64,000 nt of DNA from Octopus vulgaris (Eukaryota): contig OX597817.1 in the NCBI GenBank assembly GCA_951406725.2, positions 104,532,001 to 104,596,000 on the forward strand, written 5' to 3'. A program made the translations under genes and the position numbers. Of this stretch, positions 1 through 13,471 are shown one piece after another (the stretch's first letter is position 1; every line of letters starts with the position of its first letter). Under the pieces are notes generated by a model. It was not told the DNA's origin. It saw only the letters and a program-made list of their open reading frames with translations, and did not search any database.

Positions 1-268
1 TAGAATATTGCCAGGTTGGTTCATTTACATAATGCTAAAGGAGATTCTTCAGAAATATATGTTTTTTGATGATTTATTTTGAAAATTTAGATTTTAGTAC
101 CTATTGCAAGTTCAGTAAATTTAGTATTGATTTAATCTGTGTTTATACTCAGGCACCATAGTACATTGATAATGTAACATATATATAGAAATTACATAGA
201 AATTTCAAACTGAAACTAAAAAGAGAAACACGCATCTGTATGAAGTTATCATTTGTTGTTATTTTCAG

Positions 269-333
269 GATACTACTGCTCTTGAAGACACAGAAATTCT
301 AAAAGAATGGCTTCATGAAAGAGACTTAGTGAG
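269..333 (+). CDS. NT5DC3: 5'-nucleotidase domain-containing protein (NT5DC2/3 family), penultimate coding exon; gene starts upstream of the window
   Basis: ttttcag| acceptor and |gtaagg donor. Translates DTTALEDTEILKEWLHERDLV(R) and joins the next exon in phase 2. NT5DC2 vs NT5DC3 cannot be resolved. Confidence 0.8.
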
Positions 334-759
334 GTAAGGTCAATGCTAAAACTTTTAAGTTTGCATTCAACAATAACACTTTTCAATCATCATCACCATC
401 ATCATCATTTTATATCTACTTTTCATGTTGGCATGGGCCTGGACAAGTCAAGGTCTAGTCAGTTTTTATTTGGAGAAACTATCTGCATCTCAATCAGGTG
501 TTCTATTTTTGGCATTGAATACTAAGGCTTGAGGCCCTTTTTGATGTCAGCCAGAATGTACTGGATACATTTTAGCATGGCACCAACACTAGGGAAGTTG
601 TCATATCTTTGACAAGACTAGAAAAGAGTCCTCTTGGTGCAATGTTGTCACCATTTATTTACTAACCATTTTACAGAGTGTATTGAGTACATTTTTTCAT
701 AGTACCAGCTTCAGAAAGATTGCTGTCCCCTCTGTTCTATGTTGTCTTCACTTGTTCAA

Positions 760-1370
760 TGCAAACATGACCAATAGGGGGAAAGAAGTTAGTGAGTGAG
801 TATAAATACAATGAGAAAAAGGAAAAGATAATAGAGAGTGGTAAGGGAGTAAGTAATGGAAGAGAGACATAGCTGTTTCTAAGGAAAGTGAATAGAAATA
901 CAGCGTGAGTGGCATGTGATGGAGGAAGAGGTAGAGACTGGAAGAAGATAGGGTGGTGGAAAACAGAGTAATATGAATGGAAAGTGAGAGGAAGAGAATG
1001 ATGAGTTGGAGGTGTAACAGATAAAGTGAGAAATAGATAGCAGCAGAAGTGGTAAGAGAGAGAGAGAGATAGAGATATGTCAGTAATGAGTGACATAAGG
1101 TACAGAGTGTGATAGTTACCAGTAAAGAAGGGTGAGAGCAGTGGATATTAAATACAAATACGTCTGATTAATAGGTGTGTTGAGATAGAAGTAGTATGAT
1201 AAAGGGTGATAATAAGGAGGTGAATTGAATATGGACAAATCCAACACTATCCCTTAAAACGCAGAAGGCACAGTGCAGTGAATAGGAGAGAATATTGTGA
1301 TAGACATGAGGGTGAGAGTGGAGGTGAGGAACAGATGAAGACTTAACAGGAACATAATGGGCAAGAGATG

Positions 1371-1398
<28 letters not shown>
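760..1398. repeat. Purine-rich low-complexity tract ending in a poly(T) run (1371-1398)
   Basis: GA-rich plus strand, (GA)n and a long T homopolymer inside the last NT5DC intron. Confidence 0.7.
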
Positions 1399-1403
<5 letters not shown>

Positions 1404-2264
1404 GGTAACTTATAAGCAAAAGAGAAAGTATTCTGAAAGCATATTCTTAGAGTAAAAGGGTGCAAAGTGTATGATGTTAGGACAGGCATCCAGCCATAGA
1501 AACCATGAAAATCAAACTGGAGTCTGGTGCAGCTCCCCAGCTTGCCAGTTCTGGTCAAACCATCAAACCCATGCCAGCATGGACAATGGACATTAAACGA
1601 TGATGATGATGCCAGATTTTTGTTTCTAAGTTACGTATCAGAAATGTTTGTGGTCATGAACCTCACTCTTTAAAAACAAAACTCTAAATTGATCCAAAGA
1701 AAATGCCTGTATATAGTGTAATAGTAAGATGGTGAGATGGCCGTGAATTTCTCAAGCTCATTAGTGACATTAATGAAAGGATTTTAGTTCCAAAGATTTT
1801 TTTTTCATTTGGTTTGTGAATTCATGATCATCTCTACTTGACATTATATATATGTTGTAAGCAATTTTCTTCCCAACCATGTGGGCTTTTGTTCATTTCC
1901 ACTGTAGCACCTTGGACAAGTGTTTTCTACTATCGTCCTGGACTAACCAAAGTTTTGTGAGTTGATTTAGTAGATGTTGGCCATAACTATGTTTATGTAA
2001 TTCCTCTACTGCTCTATAGCTTAGAGTGTGTTTCTCTTTCAAATTTATGATTTACTGACAAAACCATCAACGATACAGGGGTATCTGAACTGCCACTTTC
2101 ATCTGTTTACGGTCGCTGTATGTATGTATACAATTATGTGCATTGACTGCAACATCAGAACACTATAGGTTTTATTTCTAGCATTGTAGATGTTCTAACA
2201 CCTCTTAATGACAATTATAGTTTTCATTTTTGGTGATACATTGCTAAACAGCTGCCTAATTGAA

Positions 2265-2302
<38 letters not shown>

Positions 2303-2583
2303 TCATCATCGTTTAAGGTCCATTTTCCATGCTGGCATGGGTTGGACAATTCGACTGGGGTCTGGGAAGCCAGGAAGCTGCACCAGGCTCCAATCTGATC
2401 TGGCAAGGTTTCTACAGCTGGATGCCCTTTCTAACGCTAACAACCCCAAGAGTGTAGTGGGTGCTTTTTTTACGTGCCCCCGGCACAGGGGCCAGAGAGG
2501 GCTGGCATCGGCCACATTCGAATGGTGCTTTTTATGTGCCACCAGAACAAGGACCATGTATATATATATGAGAGAGAGATGTT

Positions 2584-2616
<33 letters not shown>

Positions 2617-2940
2617 GTATATATCTTTGTGCATGTATCTTTCTATTTGTGCTTGTACTCCACCACTGCTTGACAACCAGTGTTGGTTTGGTTACATCCC
2701 CATAATTTTACAGTTCAGCAGAATAAGTACCAGGCTTAAAAAACAAGTACTGGGGTCTGATTTGTTCGATTAAACCCTTCAAGGTGACTGCAGTCCAGTC
2801 ATTAAAGCAAGTAAAAGATTAAGAGACAGGTTGATATATATGAAAATTATAAAAAATTGTAAACAAACACAGAATTTGGATTTTGTGATTCAGTTTTCAT
2901 ATAATTAAACTAATATTTTTATTTTTCTATTTTACCATAG

Positions 2941-3154
2941 GGCATATGCCAAAGAGATTTTCAACCCACATTTTGGAAGCGTGTTCCGTACTCATCACAA
3001 TCCTACATATTTTTCTCGGCGGCTCTCTCGTTTTGCTGATTTATACATGTCTAATTTGACCAACTTACTTCGCTATTCAGTTGACCATACTTTCTATCCA
3101 CGTCGGTTGGCATTACCTCATGAATCACAACCATTTGCCAGTATGTTTACATGA
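2941..3154 (+). CDS. NT5DC3: NT5DC2/3-family 5'-nucleotidase, last coding exon
   Basis: ccatag| acceptor. Translates [61 protein letters not shown]...*, matching the conserved NT5DC2/3 C-terminus (FGSxFRT, NPTYFxRRLxRFAD, TFYPRR). Confidence 0.92.
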
Positions 3155-3794
3155 CATGTGATATCATAATCGCTTTTGTTCTGCATATTGTGATTAGTAA
3201 AATAGGAAAACTTGGTAAGTGATTTAAATATTTTAAGTTAGATATCTAAATACATTTTATTTCCTTTGTTAGAAAATAGCATAAAACTTCAAATTCTATT
3301 TAATGAATGGAAACTAAATTTATGGAATACAAAATACATAATTTAGTTTTAATAGTTCTAATTCAAAATAATTATTTCATTTTTTTTTTATTCCTTAACC
3401 AAATTATTACAGCAGTTATCTTTACTTTCCTTTAGTTAGAAATATCAACCAAATCTCCTTCAAGTCGTATCTTATTGTTTCAGAAAAGGACACATCAAAT
3501 GATATGATCTTGGGTTCATTATGCTTCCAGATGGTCATAGCTGGAATAATTATAGATCTGCTCTATCAGAATTTACCTGAGGCTAAACATCAATACAACT
3601 AGCATGATGTTTCACTGCAGGTGGCTTTTACATAGATTTCCTAAGCCTCATATTTAGTTTCGTCCTTCTATGTTTTGAGTATTTTGATTCCTCATACTTT
3701 TACTCAAAATATATACTAGTCATGTACTAATACTCAAAAAGCCTGTATTGTCCTCCTCCTACACACTTTGTTGTTAGAAATTATTATTATTATT

Positions 3795-4800
3795 AGGGTG
3801 GCGACCTGGCAGAATTGTTAGCACGCTGAACAAAATGCTTAGCGGTATTTCACCTGTCACTCCATTCTGAGTTCAAATTTCACTGAGGTTGACTTTGCCT
3901 TTCATCTTTTTGGGGTCGATAAAAATAAGTACCAGTTGAAAACTGGGGTCCATATAATCGACTCATCCCCTCCCACAAAATTGCTGCCCTTGTGGTAAAA
4001 TTTGAAACCATTATTATTATTAGGGTGGTGAGCAGGCAGAATCATTAGCACACAGGACGAAATGCTTTGCAGTATTTCATCTGTTTTTATATTCTGAGTT
4101 CAAATTCCACCGAAGTTGACTTTGCCTTTTATCTTTTTGGTGTCGATAAATTAAGTACTAGAGAAACACTGGGGTCAAAGTAATCAACTTGTCTTCTCCT
4201 CTAAAATTTTAGGCCTTGTGCCTTTTGTAGAAGGAATTATTATTATTATTATTATTATTATTAAGGCAACAAGCTGACAGAACTATTAGCATGTTGGACA
4301 AAGTGCTTAGCAACATTTCTTCCAGCTCTTTATGTTTTGAGCTCAAATCTTGCTAAGTGTATCTTTGCCTTTCATCCTTTCAAGGTTGATAAAACAAGTA
4401 CCAGTTAAGTCCTGGGATTGATTTGCTAGCCTTGTGCCATTATTATCACAAGGAAGGCTACAAGCTATTAAAATCATCAGTGAGTCAGAGAAAATGGTTA
4501 GTGCTTATCTTCTGGCTGTTTACATTCTAGGTTCAAATTCTACTGAGGTTGACTTTGACTTTCCTCCTTTTGGGGTTGATAAAATATGTACCAGTTGAAC
4601 ACTGGAGTCGGTGTAATCAACTTATCCCTTAGAATTGCTGGCCTTGTACCAAAATTTGAAACCATTATTATTATGTTAAGGGTGGTGAATTGGGAGAATC
4701 GTTAGACTGTTGGGCAAAATGCCTTGTGGTAATTGTTCTAACTCTTAATGTTCAAGATGCTAATGATTCTGCCAGCTTGCCACCTTTCCTATAACAATAA
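3795..4800 (+). mobile_element. Head-to-tail array of about 5 tRNA-derived SINEs separated by (TTA)n
   Basis: Repeating ~220-bp unit: tggc..agaat.gttag A-box, gagttcaaat B-box, gactttgcctttcatc...gataaaataagtacc core. Other copies near 22585-22802(-), 48585-48790(-) and 52856-53080(+). Confidence 0.85.
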
Positions 4801-5149
4801 TAATAATCATCATCAAAAGTTGGATATAGTTTAGAGTTTTTAAAGTTTTTTTTTCAATAAAAAATGATTTCCACTTAAGAATTTTACTTAAAGGATCACA
4901 TCACGAAGATAGTGTGTGCTAACTAGGGCAATCATTGAGTTTAATACACACACACACGGGCCTCCAAGCCTATACAGCAGACCCATAAGAGTCTTGCTTG
5001 GGGCAGGCTGCCCCTCCTAAAGCTCTGCCACTGGAAGGATCACATTTAGAGAGAAAAACCATTAGAAAACTGGTAAAAAGTAGTTATTTATATTACATAC
5101 ATACAACATATCTATATCTATCTATCTATATATATATATATATATATAT

Positions 5150-5730
5150 ATATAATGCTGTTGTCATTTCAACCTTGCTATATGGCTGCAAAACCTGAAC
5201 TATATCTCTATCATTGCGACATTCAAAAATTAGAATGCTTTCACCACCAAAAGCTTCATTCAATCTTGAACATCAAATGGGAACACTATGTGACCAACAA
5301 CAAAGTCCTGGAAAGAACCAACAGTCAAACCATCAAATTGCTGATCATGAAACACCATCTTCGATGTAACAAGAATGGAAAGGTCAAGGTTCCCCTACCA
5401 AGACTTACTCTTCAAATATACATAGACCAACTCAAAACAACACTGAATGCCTCTGTACTTGAGCCTAAATGGTTTGAAATACAAGCCTGAGACCATACCA
5501 AGTGATAGTGTTCCATTATCATTGGAACCAAAAACTTCAAAGCCACCATAAAAGAAAAGGGAGAAATCAAAAGTCATGCTTGACAAAAATCCATCTTGTC
5601 CTTCACCAGCATTTCCATGAGATCAATGTCATTGACTCTTGTATTCAAGAATTGGTCTACTTAGTCACCAACATCATCACCATAAAGGAAGTGTTCAACA
5701 AAAAAGAAACTAAATCCTCAGATATGAGAT
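5150..5730 (+). mobile_element. Degenerate RTE/BovB-like LINE 3' fragment
   Basis: YNAVVISTLLYGCKT and LECFHHQKLHSILNIKW..VTNNKVLERT, typical RTE thumb; frameshifted. Confidence 0.75.
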
Positions 5731-5946
5731 AAAAGCCAATGATGTATGTTTGTATTATGAAAATATTAATTACAATTTGCTCCTTTCAGTTTATACTTTT
5801 ATTTTTACTTTGTTACATATTTATTTAAAGCTATTTATTAAAATAAAAGCATTTTCCAATTTGATTAGAATCTCATCAAAATGAAATATCTTTACTGTAA
5901 GGAATTCTCCACCAATTAGTTATGAGATTATTTAGACACAAGTTAA

Positions 5947-6173
5947 CCCTTTAGCATTTAAACTGGCTATATCGAGCACAAATGTTCTCCTTGTTTTATG
6001 TTTAAACTAGTCAAATCCAACCTCTCACATCTACCCTACAGTGTCATTCTAAAAATAAACGATCACATCGTTGAAATCTCAAAGCTACAAGATAATGGAT
6101 GATTAATTCAAAACAATATGAATAAATAAGTATTAAATTTGACAGAGTCAGCTGTAATCTGAATGCTAAAGGG
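5947..6173. mobile_element. piggyBac-like MITE
   Basis: TTAA|ccctttagcatt...aatgctaaaggg|TTAA. A related copy at about 48447-48878 has a SINE inserted. Confidence 0.8.
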
Positions 6174-6646
6174 TTAAAGGAACAAAAATATTTTGTCTTG
6201 CATTTGGTGATTATGGCAAACTATTATGTATTATGTGTTTAATGATAAAAATGTGATATTATGATGGAACTTTTTGTAGTTGTAACAGTATTATGCTAGT
6301 CTAAAACCGGATTAGTATCTTATTCTTTGAAGAAAGATTAAAATATTTTGTTTTACTTTTTTTTATATTAAATAAATTTATTGTAATTTAAGTTGTTATT
6401 TTTAGCTTGGATTTTAAAGTTAAATTTGTTTGAAGTTATTTAAAATATAAAATAAAACAACTGAAATTTTTATGAGTTTGTTTTTTTTTTCTTCCAAAAG
6501 TCTTTTGTGACATGCACACAAATTCTGACAATTTATTTTTTTTTCTTTCTCATTTTTTTTGTAAGAGAAACAATTCCTTTCAAAATTTTATTGCTTAACT
6601 GTGTCGATTAACCTGTGAAATTCTTTCTGCTCATTTACAAAGTAGT

Positions 6647-6800
6647 GCAGGCATGGCTGTGTGTTAAGAACTTGCTTTGAAACCACATGGTTGCAGGTTC
6701 AGCCCCACTGCATAACACCTTGAGCAAGTGTCGAGCCAATCAAACCTTGTGATTGGATTTGGTAGATGGAAACTGAAAGAAGCCAGTCATATATATATAT
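6647..6800 (+). mobile_element. tRNA-derived CORE-like SINE (representative copy)
   Basis: ggctgtgtg.taagaa.cttgc...ggttcag B-box and accttg(g/a)gcaagtgtc core. Further copies near 1855, 7590(-), 15400(-), 19195, 21850(-), 22275(-) and 40150(-). Confidence 0.75.
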
Positions 6801-8330
6801 ATATGTGCATGTATCTCTCTACTTGCCTTGACATTGCATGATAGAGAGGGTCAGTGACAGAAAGGGCCTCCGACTACTGAAATATTTGTCTCAATGAATT
6901 GTTTGACCCATGCAAGTATGTAAAGGTGGACATTAAAATGATGATGATGATAATAATACATCTAACACCACACATACTTGTGTGAAAATATCTTTGAGAA
7001 AAAGTGTTCTTTAGTTCCAATCTTCTGTGAAAACCGGTCTGGCCATGGGAAAATATTACCTTACTTAGAAACAGGTAAAGTCTGCCTCCACAAGTTCCAT
7101 GGTTTATTCAGTTTTCATTTCAAGTAACCAAAAAAAGTTCTCTAATTTTACAGCAAGACTAAGTACATAAAAATATTATTCTATATAAAAACCATGCCAC
7201 AACAGACAACAATGCAGTCCTCTGGCTTGCCAGCTCCCATCAAACTGTCCAACCAATGCCAGCATGGAAAATGGATGTTAAATGATGATGATATTTGTTT
7301 GTTGAGAGAAATAGAGAGAGTACTTGCTGATGATGAAACTAACAAAAAAGCTTCTACCATGGCCGCTTGATCTGCAAGAAATAGCAATCAAATCTCCACC
7401 AAATCATGTTTTACAGTCTTAAAGCATCATGATCTTTACTCTCTGACATCTGCTTTTTATATTAGCACGGGTTGATCAGGTTACAATCTGAGTTCTTATT
7501 TAGAATCACTGCCCTCCTGTATATATATATATATATATATAAATATATATGTGTGTGTGTGAGAGAGAGAGTGTATGCATGCAAACACGAAATGGGATTG
7601 GTATAGTTTCCATCTGCCAAATTCACATACAAGGCATTGGTTAGCGAAGACTACAATGGAAGTCATTTAATCTGAAGCTACGTTAAGAAGGAAACTTCTT
7701 AACTACACAGCCAGTTAAGACAGCAAGGCAATGAATAGCTTGGAAAATTGTATATACACACACAGTCACATATAGTATTTGTTTTGATGTCCACTTTTCC
7801 ATACTAGCATCAAATAGAATTCATCAGTGAGGCAGATTTTCTACAGCCAGATACCTTTCCTGTTGCCAAACCTCACCAGTTTTCTGGCAATGTAATACTT
7901 CCCTATTGCAGCTGTAGAAACCATACCAAAGCAGGTACTGGAGCTCAATGCAGTCCTCCAGTTCATGGGTTCCTATTAAAATGTTCAACCCATGCCAGCA
8001 TGGAAAACAGATAATGATCATGAGAAAATATTATCTTGCTTGGAAACAAAAGAGGGTCAGTGACAGGAAGTGCCTCTGACTACAGAAATATTTGTCTCAA
8101 TGAATTCTGTTTGACCCATGCAAGTATGGAAAGATAGACATTAAAATGATGATAATAATACATCTAACACCACACATATTTGTGCAAAAATATCTTTGAG
8201 GAAAAATAAGAGAAAGTAAATATCAATAACAACACATGCAGTTTGGTTGTGTATAAAATATTTTCTAAAAACTAAGTATTTATTTTGTTTCGTTTGGGTA
8301 AATTAAATAGGACAGGTTTCCAAAAATGGT

Positions 8331-8628
8331 TCATATAGATTGATAATGACGGAATGGCACATAAGCATCAAAAGCAGAATGAGATTCTGGGCTAGTAGAC
8401 TGGTTAGTTAAATTATTTAATCGATTAAGTCTATGATGCATATTTTCAGGCACTGATGTTGGCTTCCAATTTACATCTACAGTTGGCTTTTGTGATTTCT
8501 TAAGTTCTGGGTCAGTTCCATTTGAAGAATTTGTCGAATTGTCTAAACTCACATCTGGCTCTTTTGATTCTTCATCATCAATATCAGGCACTGTATGAAA
8601 AGGCAAAGCACGACTGGACATTGCTCTC
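8331..8628 (-). CDS. STK40: STK40 last coding exon
   Basis: RAMSSRALPFHTVPDIDDEESK...YQSI*. Contains the VPDIDD COP1-binding-type motif of STK40/Tribbles. AATAAA on the minus strand at about 8279-8284. Confidence 0.9.
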
Positions 8629-10000
8629 CTGAAAATAACACATTTATGAAGCATTAAGAACAGAAAAGGAGACATTTCAAGTAATTAGAAAAAAAAGTGG
8701 GTAGTACATATTAACTGAAAATAGCTGTGAAAATTCTCTTAAATGATTACAATAATCCAGTTATCTACCATTAAAGTAGCTCTCATAAATCTGTTTCCAT
8801 CAGTCATGTTCAAACTACAGTCTCTTCCACATAATTATCAGTTGACTAGTTCTGGACTGCTATTTCTAGCTGGTTGGGCCACCATAGAGAGACTTTCTCA
8901 TTGGTTTGTGAATTGCATGTATTATTCCAGTAGAAAAGGTATCAAATGGGAGCAATCATAATTCAAAAACTTATAATTTCCTTTTAGTTTATTTACTTCT
9001 CTACAAACAGCATATCTGAATTATTATCTATCCACAACCTATATTTGTACTCATCCTTAGTGATGAGTTTAACCCAAACAACTCTCCATTTTACCCATTA
9101 CATCTCTACAACTTCCTCAATTCTACTACCATTTGTTCTTACATTCCTACTCACTGAATATCCCAGGACCAGTTAACTTAGAAATAAAAACAGTAGAATT
9201 GCTCCATAGCAAATTGCTCCCATTTGATACCTTTTCTACTGGAATAATACATGCAATTTAAATAACTCAGCCACTAATCTTACTCAGTATTTTACCATAC
9301 GGTCTATCAAGAATATCATGACTATCCATATATTATAACTCTAGAAAATATCTGCAAATACTACTATATTAGTTGGAGGGATGCAGTTATCGACCCCAAG
9401 AAAATAGTACAATGTCAGTAACAGGATCTAATTGAAAAGTCATTTTTCATCACTCAATCTTTGAAACCAGTCTGAAGTTATAATGTTCAATGTTATTTGT
9501 TTAGACTGTAGTTAATTCTGACTGAGCAGACCAATATTCAAAGGTATTCCCATGAGCATTGAGTATCTAGGATCACACTACCTAATGTGTCCACCCTGTT
9601 TCAAAATGAATGCAATTAAAGGGGAATCAGGCTTCAGTGGAAACTAGATTTAAATGTGCATTGAATTAAAGTAGCTTTTGTTTTCTGTTAGAGAAGTGAG
9701 AGATTCAATTTCAAATTTGCACAAAACTAAATGACTACAGTATTCAGTTTCAGTAGTCAAGCTTCTGTGTTCAAATCTCACCCAAATTGTTTTTTCATTT
9801 CACAAGTCTCAGCTTGGTCACTCAAACTGTTGAAAATAGAGCCAAATCTCCTGTGTGTCATACCTTGCTATCTTAAAACAAGAAGGATGCATTGGCTAAT
9901 GTAGAGGAAGATACAAAACACCTGAATAAAAGGTAAGATGTTCATGGCTGAAAACTGCTTTTGATCATAGATCAGGCTTGACCAAGGGAGACCTGTAGCT

Positions 10001-10451
10001 AAATAATAATAATAATAATAATAATAATAATTGTGTACAGTGCTCAGGTGCACTACAACTCATCTAAAGTGTATATATAATCAGGTGAAGTTTCGGCGGA
10101 TTTCGGAAAGCATGAGGGCCTTAAAAGATGCAGTGTCATGGCAGTCAACAACTGACGCAGGCAGTTTATTCCATGCTTCAGCAACTCTGAGCGTGAAAAA
10201 ATGTTTCCGAAAGTCATGGGAGCTGTATTGTTTTCTGACTTTGTAGGCATGTCCACGTGTGTTAGACACATGGAGATCAAAAAGGTGTTCAGTGTTGTTG
10301 TTGGTGAGGTGGTTGATAACTTTGTGGGTGTTTACCAAGTCCGTCGCCAAACGCCGGAGCTTCAGTGAATCCATGCCCAGGGAAACAAGGCGCTCAGAAT
10401 ATGGTAGGTGTCTGATGGAGGGTATGCGTTTGGTTGCACGTCTCTGGACAC
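10001..10451 (-). mobile_element. Short 3' copy of the same CR1 LINE
   Basis: Near-identical to 16910-17352 including the (TTA)n tail; keeps the intact HFFTLRVAEAWNKLP frame. Confidence 0.93.
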
Positions 10452-11225
10452 CTTTGCTTTTTATCTTCAGGGTTTGATAAAAATAAGTACTGGTAGTAAA
10501 CTGATTTAATCTACATTAATTGGTATATACGAATTCCAACTATTTCCTAAAGAAGAAATCATTCTTGATGTGAAAAAAATTCTTTCGTACAAATCATGTT
10601 ACATAATGCATTGAAGATAATAAATCTAATCTATCATTCGTCGTTTAACGTCCGCTTTCCATGCTAGCATGGGTTGGACGATTTGACTGAGGGCTGGCAA
10701 ACCAGATGGCTGCACCAGGCTTCAATCTTGATCTGGCAGAGTTTCTACAGCTGGATGCCCTTCCTAACGCCAATCACTCCGAGAGTGTAGTGGATGCTTT
10801 TATGTGCCACCGGCATGGGGCCAGTCAGGCGGTACTGGCAACAACCTCGCTCGAATCTTTTACACATGCCACCGGCACAGGTGCCAGTAAGGCAATACTG
10901 GTAAGGATCACGCTCAAATGGTGTCTTTTACGTGCCACCGACACAGAGGCCAGATGGCCACTCTGGCAACGATCACACTCGGATGGTGCTCTTAATACCC
11001 TACTAGCATGGGGCTCGAGTGCCAGTAAGGCGATGCTCGGCCTTTTGGCTAAGATCAAAGTGTAATAAATCTAATCTAATTTTGTCAAAAATAAATATCA
11101 AAGTTAAAAGCAAAGAAAGATAACAATGAGACAACTGACATGTAGCTGACATTTTAAAAATTATATTTAAAATTTTAACAATGTCAATATACTAATTACA
11201 AGAATTAAGAGATTTAGTAACTTAC

Positions 11226-11345
11226 CAATTGGCTATAATAACAGCCAACGTATCAAGAACTTCTGTAGCTGCAAGTCTTGTATTGGGGTCAAGAATTAAA
11301 AGTTTCCTTATCACTAAAATTGTGTCTTGAGATATATTGTTGTCC
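11226..11345 (-). CDS. STK40: STK40 coding exon 7
   Basis: DNNISQDTILVIRKLLILDPNTRLAATEVLDTLAVIIAN(W); kinase subdomain XI; 120 nt, phase 2-2. Confidence 0.93.
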
Positions 11346-13188
11346 CTTGGTGAAAAATAAAAGCAAAATAATGTCAAAAATATGGGCAATATATAGTGAG
11401 AGTTTCAAATTGCTTAACTCTTTTTTTCTTTTCTTAAAATTGTAAAAAAAATTTTTTATAAATATTGAAACTAAAATAAGAACTTATTGCTGCACACCTA
11501 AAATAAATTATATTCTACTCCAAACTCAATATTTTTCATTTTATTAGTAGTATTTCTTCTGTCAACTTACAGTAGACACAAAGTGTTTCAAACTTCATAA
11601 CTTGTTACTTTTCACAGGAATACTATGGCCATTGGAGTTTAATACCCCTATCCATCCTTAAAGTTAAAGCAGATGAAGATTCATTTGGGCTTCCTAGCCA
11701 GTGTCTTGTTTGAAGAAATCTAGTAGGCTCCAATATCAACTGAGTAAATTAAATCTAGTACTACACTGACACTTTATTTTATCAAGCTCAGAAAAATCAA
11801 AGGCAAAGTTGACATGTAATTTTATGCATACTTACACACACATAAATGAAGGTGCTAGTGAATATATGTATCGACAAGCCTATATATTTGATCCCTCTCT
11901 CTGATGGGGTAATCATGCATCTCCTCTACAACAAGACACCTATATCTGTCCCTCTGTCATACTCTAACCTCACATCACTTGGCACAAATTCACCTCCCCC
12001 AATACTCCACCTCTCAAAGGATCCTTGTCTTGTGATTTACTTGGTGACCATGCCAGTGCTGCTGCCATGTAAAAAGCATCCAGTCCACACTGTAAATTGG
12101 TTGTATTAGGAAGGGCTTCCAGTTATTAAAAACCATGCCAAAACAGACCTCGTCAGTGCTGGTGCCAGTCTATTCTGTAAGGTGGTTGGTGTTAGGAAGG
12201 GCATCTAGCTGTAAAAACCATGCCAAAACAAACAATGAAGCCTGTTGCAGTCTCCTACTTTGCTAGCTCCTGTCAAACTGTCCAACCCATGCCAGCATGG
12301 AAAATGGGTGTTATATGATGATGACACACACATATATATACAAGTTGCTTGTTTCATGTTCATTTTCCCAAAGTGGTATAACTCTGACAAACATATTATT
12401 GAGGCATTGTTGTACAGGCATATGTCCTTCTTGGCCCTAATCCTTACCTGTTTTGCAAGTAAGGGGTCTCTTATTTCAGATATTTTCAAACAAAAAGCAA
12501 GCAGATGATTTATTGACAGAAGTGATAAAAGCAACACCACTTGTAGTGACTTTCACAGAGCATACAAGTAAACAAACAATCAGGCACATATATACATAGA
12601 TATATATCTACATGAAGGCCTTATTTTAGTTTCCATCTACCAAATTCACTTACATGGTTTTGGTCAGTCAGGGTCTATAAACCCTTAATATCTGTGCAGG
12701 TGGCACGTAAAAAACACCCACTACACTCGCGGAGTGGTTGGCGTTAGGAAGGGCATCCAGCCGTAGAAACACTGCCAGATCTGACTGGGCCTGACGAAGC
12801 CTTCCAGCTTCACAGACCCCAGTTGACCCGTCCAACCCATGCTAGCATGGAAAGCGGACGCTAAATGATGATGATGATGATGATCAACACACCTTTAAAA
12901 CTACTGATGTTAACATATTTTTAATACTGCTAATAATACTGCTAATATCAAGTATCAAGTTTCTTAGATAAAATTTTTTGATATAATCTATTCAATTTTC
13001 TCTGCCCTTCCACGTTTCTCAATGTTAGTCTCCAAATACACTGCACTCTTAACTCATCTCAATTCTGCTCTACTCATATTAACAATTAACCAGTATTAAT
13101 CTCTTTTTGTAGCTTAAGAAATCTTCATGTTCAAAAGTCAAAAGATCAAGTATAAAACATAGAGGAAATGTGAACAATCATCTCTTAC

Positions 13189-13333
13189 GATGGTATACTA
13201 TATTCAGCTACTTTAATCTTTCGAAATAATTCTTGAGGTGCACTGTCATAGAATGGGAACTGTCCATAAATCATAGTGAATAGAACTACTCCAAGAGCCC
13301 ACATATCACTTGGTTTTCCTAAATACGGTTTAC
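13189..13333 (-). CDS. STK40: STK40 coding exon 6
   Basis: (G)KPYLGKPSDMWALGVVLFTMIYGQFPFYDSAPQELFRKIKVAEYSIP(S); canonical splice sites. Confidence 0.96.
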
Positions 13334-13471
13334 CTGAAAATATAGTGGAAAAAAGAAAAATTACACATGGCGCTCCAACATGGCCACAGCCTTTGGGCTA
13401 AAACATAAAAGAATAAAAAAAAGTACAATAACAACTTACAGCATTAGATCTGAAAATTATTACGACTTTAA

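Noticed and set aside
737-1419. Hydrophobic minus-strand ORFs
   Set aside because: Products of a purine-rich low-complexity tract and a homopolymer; no homology or splice support.
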